This document shows, piece by piece, positions 6,858 through 13,264 of a DNA stretch of 13,264 nucleotides. A model generated the notes under the pieces. That model was not told the DNA's origin. It saw only the letters and a program-made list of their open reading frames with translations, and did not search any database. The position numbers were made by a program, and so were the translations under genes. The number at the start of each line of letters is the position of its first letter. The stretch's first letter is position 1. Source of the DNA: Hadesarchaea archaeon (lineage in GTDB: Archaea; Hadarchaeota; Hadarchaeia; Hadarchaeales; Hadarchaeaceae); the NCBI GenBank assembly GCA_030619825.1, contig JAUXAS010000020.1:1-13264 (forward strand), read 5' to 3'.

Positions 6858-8249
6858 ATGGTCGGAATCAAAGAACAGCTGAACCCATTTTTCAACCCGA
6901 AATCTGTGGCGATAATAGGCGCCACCACGCGAACGGGACCCGGGAAATTCAACCCCATAGAAAACATGATGGGATTCGGCTACAAGGGGCAAATCTACCC
7001 GGTGAACCCCAAGTACGACGAGGTCCTGGGTTGGAAAGCGTACAAGGACGTTAAGGAAATCGAGGGAGATGTGGACCTCGCCTTGGTAGTCATCCCGAGG
7101 CAAATCGTGCCCGCCGCCGTGAAGGGTTGCGCGGAAAAAGGGGTGGAGGCGGCAATCGTCGTAAGCCAAGGGTTCGGGGAGGTTGGAGAGGAGGGGAAGA
7201 AGCTCCAAGACGAAATCGTGAAAACAGCAAAGGAAGCGGGGATGAGGATAGTCGGCCCGAACACGCTTGGGACCCACAACTTCTTCGATAACTTCACGTC
7301 TTCGTTCATCCCCATCAAGAAGAGGGAATACGACCCGATCGGCATCAGTTGCCAGACTGGGCTGTGGTTCGCTGGATTCCCGAGACTCAAGTTCGGAAAG
7401 ATATTAGATGTTGGGGGAGCTTGCGATGTGGATCACGTTGATTCTTTAAGGTACTACACGGAGGACCCAGATATAAAACAGATCTTCATTCACATGGAGG
7501 GTCTCCGACCAGGCAGGGGAAGGGATTTCCTCGAGGCGACAAGGAAGGCAAAGGATGCAGGGAAGGACGTCATAGTAATGAAGACCGGGGGAACCGAGGC
7601 CGGGAGTAAAGCCGTTGTGTCCCACACCGGGTCCTTGGCCGGAGAAGACAAAGTATTCGACGGAGCCCTGAAGCAGGTCGGCGCCCATCGCATTAGGGAT
7701 TATACGGAGCTCCAAATACTCAGCCACGCGTTGCTCAAACTCCCGAAGATGAATGGTAACAGGATTGCTATTCTGACACACCACGGAGCGTCTGGTGTGA
7801 TGGCTGTTGACGCGGCCGAGGAGTTCGGTCTGAAGATCGCAGAGATTTCGGAACAGACGAGGAACGTCGTGCAGGAAAGGTCGCCGAAGTGGCTCCCGAT
7901 CGGGAACCCGATAGACATCTGGCCTGGATTGATGAAAGATCCCAAGGGAATGCATATGGCATCCCTCAAAGCCGTGTTGGAGGACGAAAACGTCGATGGC
8001 GTGGTTATGTCACTACACATCGCCGACTACAGTCCCTGGGACGTGGGGATATATGGCCACGCAGAAGCGATAAGGGAACTCGCGCCTCAATACGGCAAAC
8101 CCGTGATAGCGGTACCAGTGGGTTCCGTGCAAGACGGAACGAGGAGGGCCCTCGAATGGATCAAAAACGCGACCGTCTTTGACGATATAAGGGCCGCTTT
8201 CAGGGCTTTTTCCGCACTCGCCCCAAAAGGCAAGGAGGAACAAAAATGA
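6858..8249 (+). CDS. acdA: ADP-forming acyl-CoA synthetase (ACD) alpha subunit
   Basis: FFNPKSVAIIGA, IYPVNPK, VDLA+VVIP, GFGE.G, R+VGPN.LG, MEG (catalytic Glu region), SHTGSLAG (phospho-His), NP+D. Length of 463 aa fits a stand-alone alpha chain. Confidence 0.93.
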   Translation: MVGIKEQLNPFFNPKSVAIIGATTRTGPGKFNPIENMMGFGYKGQIYPVNPKYDEVLGWKAYKDVKEIEGDVDLALVVIPRQIVPAAVKGCAEKGVEAAIVVSQGFGEVGEEGKKLQDEIVKTAKEAGMRIVGPNTLGTHNFFDNFTSSFIPIKKREYDPIGISCQTGLWFAGFPRLKFGKILDVGGACDVDHVDSLRYYTEDPDIKQIFIHMEGLRPGRGRDFLEATRKAKDAGKDVIVMKTGGTEAGSKAVVSHTGSLAGEDKVFDGALKQVGAHRIRDYTELQILSHALLKLPKMNGNRIAILTHHGASGVMAVDAAEEFGLKIAEISEQTRNVVQERSPKWLPIGNPIDIWPGLMKDPKGMHMASLKAVLEDENVDGVVMSLHIADYSPWDVGIYGHAEAIRELAPQYGKPVIAVPVGSVQDGTRRALEWIKNATVFDDIRAAFRAFSALAPKGKEEQK

Positions 8250-8968
8250 AGTCCAAAATTTTACAAGAACTTTCGAAAAAGGGAAGAGAAATCCTCAACG
8301 AGCACGAGGCCAGAAAAATTCTTGAAGAATACGGCATTTCCTGCCCAAAAGAGGTGATGGTTGAATACGCGGAAGGTAAGAAAGCCAGCGACTACCTGAA
8401 AGATCTTAAGAACATGGGTGGTTGCCCCGGATATCCAGCTTATCTCAAGATCGTGTCCCGTGATATCACCTCAAAGACCGACGCCAAGGCTGTAAAGAGA
8501 GTCACCTCAGATGAAGAGGCTAGAGATGCGATAGATACAATCATGAAGAACGCGAAGAGTTACAAAGAGGGCGTGAAAATCCAGGGAATTCTCATGAGCG
8601 AGGATGTCTCAGCAGATGAAACTAGAGAGATATTTCTCGGATCCACCGTTAACGATCAATTTGGTCATGTGATTTCTTTGGGATTCGGTGGGATGCACGT
8701 AGCAGTTTATAAGGATGTGGAGTTCCGGGTAATCCCGATCGAGGAACCGGACGTGCACGGGATGATCGATGCGTTGAAGGGAAAAGAGATGCTCGGGAAG
8801 TTCAGGGGGATGCGCCCCGTGGACATGGATCTGCTCGTCAAAACAACCCTTAAGCTTTCAAAGATGGTTGAGGAGAACCCGGAGATAATCGAGCTGGACG
8901 TGAACCCCCTCTTGGTGGGACCCGACCGAGCCGTCGCCGTGGATACGCTAATCAGGATTTCGAGATAA
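8246..8968 (+). CDS. acdB: ADP-forming acyl-CoA synthetase beta subunit (ATP-grasp)
   Basis: L.EHEA+.IL..YGI, GYP..LKIVS.DI..K+D, QFG.VI..G.GG, KDV.FR, FRG..PVD, EI.ELD+NPL, A+AVD. ATGA overlap with acdA and SD AGGAGG. Confidence 0.92.
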   Translation: MKSKILQELSKKGREILNEHEARKILEEYGISCPKEVMVEYAEGKKASDYLKDLKNMGGCPGYPAYLKIVSRDITSKTDAKAVKRVTSDEEARDAIDTIMKNAKSYKEGVKIQGILMSEDVSADETREIFLGSTVNDQFGHVISLGFGGMHVAVYKDVEFRVIPIEEPDVHGMIDALKGKEMLGKFRGMRPVDMDLLVKTTLKLSKMVEENPEIIELDVNPLLVGPDRAVAVDTLIRISR

Positions 8969-8984
8969 CCTGAGGTGGGACGAA

Positions 8985-11660
8985 TTGAAGAAAATTCCCA
9001 CCTATTGTTTCATGTGCGCCAACGGCCCCGACCCCCTCAACGTTGTGGTCGAAGACGGTGTCGCTGTTGGAATAGAACCCAACTCGGACGTGGCACCATA
9101 CCACCCGGGCGAAGGTAAGCTTTGTCCGAAGGCGTACGGGCTGATACACAAGTTATACAATCCCTTTAGGATAAAGTCGCCGCTCGTCCGGACCAACCCG
9201 AGGAAAGGGTGGGACGAGGACCCCAAATGGAAGGAGATAAGCTGGGACGAAGCATTGGATTTGCTCGCCGAGAAGCTGAGCGAGATCAGGAAGAAAGGGA
9301 ACTTGGATCAACAAGGGCGACCGAGGCTGGCGGTAACAACTGGATCGGGAGGGACGCCCGAAGGCCACTGGGGGAGCTTTCCGGCGTTCATAGTAGCATT
9401 CGGGTTGCTGGACCTGACCGTAGGCGGAGGGCAGGGCATAAAGTGCTACCACTGCGAGCACGTATATTCCGAAATCTGGCACAGGTCCTTCATCGCTGCC
9501 CCGGACACGCCCAACACGAAGTTTGTAATGGGTTTTGGCCCGAATGTCGCTGCCAGCAGGGGGGCTGCGGGGAATAGACGGCACGCGGAGGCACGAGTGA
9601 GGGGGTACAAGCGAATACAGATTGAGCCCCACATCTCAGCGACGGTCGCCGTTTCCGACGAGTGGATTCCAATCAAACCGAAGACCGATGCCGCATTCCT
9701 CTACGCCATGATTCACGTCGTGCTGCACGAAATGGATTGGCACGGGGTTTGCGATATCGACTTCCTCAAGAAAATGACGAACTCCCCATACCTGGTTGGT
9801 CCCAACGGATATTTTCTCAGGGATTCCGAAACGAAGGCCCCGCTGATTTACGACCCGGTAGATAACCAGGCCAAAGTTTTCAACGACCGAACGATCAAGG
9901 ACTTCGCGCTGGAGGGCGAGTTCGAGTGTACCGGTGTCGAGATTGGCCCGGACAACGAGGAGCAGAGGCACGAGGACGTCAAGGTTAAACCCGTGTTCCA
10001 GCTACTCCTAGAACACACGAAAAAATACACGCCCGAGTGGGCTTCCGAGATATGCGACGTGCCCGCGGAGACCATAAGGAAGTGCGCGAGGGAGTTCGTT
10101 GAAAATTCCACGGTAGGGGCAACGATCGAAATAGACGGCGAGATCTTGCCCCTCAGACAGGCGGCAATCGAACTCGGAAAAACCGTGAATAACGGGTGGG
10201 GTGGATTCCAGGTGTGCTGGGCCAGAACCATCTTGGCTATCTTGACCGGGTCTCTGGAAGTTCCGGGTGGCACGGTTGGAATAGGTGCCCGACTCAATCC
10301 GCCCGCCCACGACAAGTGGCAGAGCATCATGCCTGGCCCCGATGGTTTCATGCTCCAACACTACAACCCCACGGAGAAAGGGAGGTGGCCTTCCCCTCCG
10401 CACTTCAGGTCGGCCCTCACCGAGCTAACGCCGCTCACGGGGATGCGCGGATGGGCCCAAGCGATTTCGGGGACGACGCTCTCGTGGATTTTCATGGACA
10501 AAACACCGGAGAACTGGCCCGAGGTCAAGCCCCCAGACGTGTGGATAGTGTACAGAACAAACCCGCTCATTTCATTTCCCGATAGAGAACTTGTAACTGA
10601 GGTAACCAAGAAATTCCCGTTCATCGTTTCGATAGGATATACGATGGATGAAACCACGTGGTTCGCGGATCTCGTGCTGCCAGATCACACGGATTTGGAG
10701 GGGTTGCAGTTGTTCAGGCTCGGCGGGCTGACGCACACGTTTGAGGCTTTCTGGGAACACTACGGTTTCGCGCTCAAACAGCCCGTGGTCAAACCCCCCT
10801 ACAACACCAAGGATATGACCGATATCTGGACCGAGCTGGTAGATAGGCTGGGGATACTCGACCGCTACAATGGAGCGATCAACAGAGGCCTCTTAGGGGC
10901 CCCACTTAAAGATAGACTCGAACCCGACAGAAAGTACACGAGCGAAGAGATATGGGACCACGTCTGCAAGGGTGCGACGAGGGTCTTGTCGGGCGGCAGT
11001 GAAGAAAGGGACTTGGAGTGGTTTAAGGAACACGGGTTCTATTTCGTCAAGTTCCCGAAGAAAAGGCACTACCTGCATCCGATTATGGTTAAATGGGACC
11101 TGAGATATGAACTGCCCTACCAAGAAGGGATAAAACGGGTGGGAGAGGAGCTGGAAAGAAGGTTGCACGAAAAGAACATTCACTGGTGGGACAAACAGCT
11201 CGAAGAATACCCGGCGCTTCCCGAATGTGAGGATTTCTCGAAGATATGGGAGGAATTCTACGGACCTGGACACGACCTGTGGGCCATAAGCACGAAGAGC
11301 GCGCTCTACGCGCATGGGGCCAACGTGGCGAACCCGCTTTATTCCGAACTTAGCAAGCGCGTGCCCAACTTCCCCGGCGTGAAGATCCATCCAAAAACGG
11401 CTGAGGAGAGGGGAATCAAGGATGGAAACGTGGTGATTGTGGAGGCGAAGGGGGTGAAAGTCGAAGGTGTAAGCATGCTGTGCGAAGGGGTGAGACCGGA
11501 CTGCGTGGTCTTCGCGGCTCAATTCGGTCACAGGGTAACGCCGTTTGCTAAGGATCTCAAAATACCCAACATCAACGATCTGACCTTCTTGGATTTGAAA
11601 CTCGTGGACGCCATTGGGGGTGTGGCCGAGATCGCTAGGGTGAGCGTGAAGCCCAGGTGA
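8985..11660 (+). CDS. padB: Mo/W-bisPGD (DMSO reductase family) oxidoreductase catalytic subunit, most similar to phenylacetyl-CoA:acceptor oxidoreductase large subunit
   Basis: General family motifs: TYC..C...LCPK, RIKSPL.RTNP.KG..EDP.W..ISWDEALD, WIPIKPKTD.A, YTPEWA..ICDVPA.TI, DETT.FADLVLPD, IHP.TA..RGI.DG. The combination C..C..GPD, GGTP, GQG+KCYH.EH.Y.E.WHR.F...PDTP, PYLVGP.G.+LRD and LGKTVNNGWGG is one I recall from PadB (recollection, not a search). No Tat signal. TTG start with SD GAGGTGG. The family call is near certain; the PadB subfamily call is less so. Confidence 0.72.
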   Translation: MKKIPTYCFMCANGPDPLNVVVEDGVAVGIEPNSDVAPYHPGEGKLCPKAYGLIHKLYNPFRIKSPLVRTNPRKGWDEDPKWKEISWDEALDLLAEKLSEIRKKGNLDQQGRPRLAVTTGSGGTPEGHWGSFPAFIVAFGLLDLTVGGGQGIKCYHCEHVYSEIWHRSFIAAPDTPNTKFVMGFGPNVAASRGAAGNRRHAEARVRGYKRIQIEPHISATVAVSDEWIPIKPKTDAAFLYAMIHVVLHEMDWHGVCDIDFLKKMTNSPYLVGPNGYFLRDSETKAPLIYDPVDNQAKVFNDRTIKDFALEGEFECTGVEIGPDNEEQRHEDVKVKPVFQLLLEHTKKYTPEWASEICDVPAETIRKCAREFVENSTVGATIEIDGEILPLRQAAIELGKTVNNGWGGFQVCWARTILAILTGSLEVPGGTVGIGARLNPPAHDKWQSIMPGPDGFMLQHYNPTEKGRWPSPPHFRSALTELTPLTGMRGWAQAISGTTLSWIFMDKTPENWPEVKPPDVWIVYRTNPLISFPDRELVTEVTKKFPFIVSIGYTMDETTWFADLVLPDHTDLEGLQLFRLGGLTHTFEAFWEHYGFALKQPVVKPPYNTKDMTDIWTELVDRLGILDRYNGAINRGLLGAPLKDRLEPDRKYTSEEIWDHVCKGATRVLSGGSEERDLEWFKEHGFYFVKFPKKRHYLHPIMVKWDLRYELPYQEGIKRVGEELERRLHEKNIHWWDKQLEEYPALPECEDFSKIWEEFYGPGHDLWAISTKSALYAHGANVANPLYSELSKRVPNFPGVKIHPKTAEERGIKDGNVVIVEAKGVKVEGVSMLCEGVRPDCVVFAAQFGHRVTPFAKDLKIPNINDLTFLDLKLVDAIGGVAEIARVSVKPR

Positions 11661-12601
11661 TGGTGATGGAGGAGGGTGTAAAACAGATCAACGAGCAGGT
11701 GTACATGATGGCCGTTCCCCAGGCCTACGGTCACCCGATTACCGCGAGCTATCTCGTTAAGGGGGAGAAAACGGCGCTCATCGAAGCGGCATTCGGGGCT
11801 TCGGTTCCCAATCTCCTGAAAGCGATTGAAGGGGTCGGTGTTGAACCCGCGGATATAGAGTATGTGTTCACGACGCACTCTCACCTCAGTCACGCGAGCG
11901 CCCTGGGAGCGTTGCTGAAATCATGCCCCCGAGCTAAGGTCGTCGCACACTCCGCGACATCCAAGTTACTGATGAAACCCGCCAAAATCATGAAAGGTGC
12001 GGGGAACGTGCTCGGAGACGCGGTCAAACTCTTCGGGCCCGTGGAGCCCGTGCCCAAGGATAAAATTTCGATGGTGAGCGGTGGCGAAGCTTTCGATCTG
12101 GGAAACGGGGTTGGCCTCGAAATCATCCGTACTCCCGGTCACGCGCCAGACCACGTCGCAATTTACGAAAAGCTAACGAGGACACTCTTCCCTGGGGATG
12201 GAGTCTGCATGTACAGCTCGGAGATCCCCGTGTTAATCCCGATTTGTTGGTGGGGCGCGTACGACGTCGAAGGAGTGAAAAAATCGCTGGGGCGCCTCAC
12301 CAAGTTAAATCTCAACCACGTGTGCACACCGCATGCGGGAGTCGTACCGCTCGATCCCAAGGAGTTCCTCAACAAATGTATGGAGTCGATTGACAAGTGG
12401 CGCGATGAGATAAACGCGATGCTCGAACGCGGGCAAACCTACTCGGGAATACTAAGAACGTGCGAGGAGGAGATGATCGCCAGGCGTGCCGGGTACTCAT
12501 CCCCCGACGAATTACCCGAGTATTTCAGGAAATACTGGCTTCCGATTTTGCCGAAGCTCGTGGTCCAGGGTTTCATGGCGCACATTTTATGGAAGTTCTA
12601 G
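11657..12601 (+). CDS. Metallo-beta-lactamase-fold hydrolase (glyoxalase II-like) with variant metal motif
   Basis: SYLV.GEK.ALIE, THSHLSH, V.AH, TPGHAPDH, LFPGD, PH.G. GTGA overlap with the padB stop; the true start may be 11657, 11660 or 11666. Confidence 0.88.
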   Translation: MMVMEEGVKQINEQVYMMAVPQAYGHPITASYLVKGEKTALIEAAFGASVPNLLKAIEGVGVEPADIEYVFTTHSHLSHASALGALLKSCPRAKVVAHSATSKLLMKPAKIMKGAGNVLGDAVKLFGPVEPVPKDKISMVSGGEAFDLGNGVGLEIIRTPGHAPDHVAIYEKLTRTLFPGDGVCMYSSEIPVLIPICWWGAYDVEGVKKSLGRLTKLNLNHVCTPHAGVVPLDPKEFLNKCMESIDKWRDEINAMLERGQTYSGILRTCEEEMIARRAGYSSPDELPEYFRKYWLPILPKLVVQGFMAHILWKF

Positions 12602-12615
12602 TGGGGGAGTAGAGG

Positions 12616-13221
12616 ATGGTCAGGTTTGGGATGGTTATCGATTTGAAAAAGTGCATAGCTTGCCACGCCTGCACGGTGGTTTGTAAACTCGAAAACGGGA
12701 CCCCCCCCGGGATATTCTTTAGCAGAGTCTTGGAGAGAGAAGTTGGAACGTATCCCGATGTTAAGAAGGCGATATTGCCCGTGTCCTGTAATCACTGCAA
12801 AGAGCCGCCGTGCGAGGCCGTGTGTCCGACCAAGGCCATAACCAAGCGTGATGATGGTATCGTTGTCTCGGATTACGAGAGGTGCATAGGGTGCAAGAGG
12901 TGTATCGCGACATGTCCCTACAACGTACGAACCTACTTGGAGAAAATACACACGTATTTCCCTGGTCACACCACTCCCTACGAGGAAATCAAGTACAAGA
13001 AATTCAAGGAAGCGACGGTGGTCGGGTGCGACTTCTGTGTTGAGCGGGTCGAGAAAAGGTTAGAGCCGGCGTGTGTGGTGGCTTGCCCAACGAACGCGAG
13101 GTACTTCGGCGATTTGGACGATTCGCAGAGCGAGGTTTCGCAACTAATCAAGGACAGAGGAGGATTCCAGCTGAAGCCGGAAGCTGAAACGGAGCCGTCG
13201 GTCTATTATCTCCCACGGTGA
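12616..13221 (+). CDS. padC: DmsB/NrfC-type 4x[4Fe-4S] electron-transfer subunit (PadC-like)
   Basis: RFGMVIDL.KCIACHACTVVCK, CNHCKEPPCEAVCP, CIGCKRCIATCPY, CDFC...PACVVACP, ARYFGDL, PS+YY. The padC label rests on context with padB. Confidence 0.8.
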   Translation: MVRFGMVIDLKKCIACHACTVVCKLENGTPPGIFFSRVLEREVGTYPDVKKAILPVSCNHCKEPPCEAVCPTKAITKRDDGIVVSDYERCIGCKRCIATCPYNVRTYLEKIHTYFPGHTTPYEEIKYKKFKEATVVGCDFCVERVEKRLEPACVVACPTNARYFGDLDDSQSEVSQLIKDRGGFQLKPEAETEPSVYYLPR

Positions 13222-13232
13222 AGGTGAAAAGT

Positions 13233-13264
13233 ATGGATGAAGCGAAACTCAAGAAAATGATGAA
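13233..13264 (+). CDS. Start of next gene (MDEAKLKKMM...), truncated by the window edge
   Basis: ATG 11 nt after the padC stop, preceded by SD AGGTGA (13222-13227). The frame is open to the window end. Confidence 0.6.
   Translation, partial: MDEAKLKKMM

Noticed and set aside
10893..11531. 212-aa minus-strand ORF and similar antisense or alternate-frame ORFs over padB, acdA and hdrA
   Set aside because: They fully overlap conserved genes and have no recognisable domains; expected in GC-rich coding DNA.
8985..11660. Respiratory arsenate, tetrathionate or polysulfide reductase (shares RTNP.KG..EDP)
   Set aside because: No Tat signal, lacks the four-Cys FS0 motif, and sits in an acyl-CoA context; PadB-like fits better.
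12701..12708. C8 homopolymer in padC as a phase-variation or slippage site
   Set aside because: In frame (Thr-Pro-Pro-Gly), the protein is intact, and the region is normally Pro-rich.
1..13264. CRISPR arrays, tRNA/rRNA genes, IS elements, in-frame Sec/Pyl codons
   Set aside because: None seen. Intergenic gaps are short, no periodic repeats or transposase motifs were found, and the main genes are uninterrupted.

Overview
This is a gene-dense window, probably from an anaerobic archaeon. That call rests on TATA/BRE-like boxes, GGAGG/GAGGTG Shine-Dalgarno (SD) sites, split alpha/beta ADP-forming acyl-CoA synthetase and HdrA. It has four blocks. (1) 1-3340 (+): the 3' end of a cysteine hydrolase, then FdrA/AllF, a 55-aa ORF missing from the ORF track that matches the detachable FdrA C-terminal module, and DUF1116 (YlbE/AllG); this resembles part of an oxamate-transcarbamylase-like ureide/N-heterocycle catabolic cluster. 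(2) 3517-4340: an AT-richer patch with a two-repeat hypothetical protein and a truncated acetyl-CoA synthetase N-terminal fragment. (3) 4337-6679 (-): an HdrA with intact bifurcation-type motifs fused to an MvhD-like domain that has lost its [2Fe-2S] cysteines. (4) 6858-13264 (+), divergent from hdrA: an apparent operon of ACD alpha, ACD beta (conserved His replaced by Ser), a Tat-less Mo/W-bisPGD enzyme most like phenylacetyl-CoA:acceptor oxidoreductase PadB, an MBL-fold hydrolase with a non-canonical HxHxSH motif, a PadC/DmsB-like 4x[4Fe-4S] subunit, and the start of another gene. The best novel-system candidate is a soluble archaeal arylacetate activation/alpha-oxidation pathway (ACD + PadBC + thioesterase-like MBL), possibly coupled to HdrA. 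All family assignments come from motif recognition by eye; no database searches were run.
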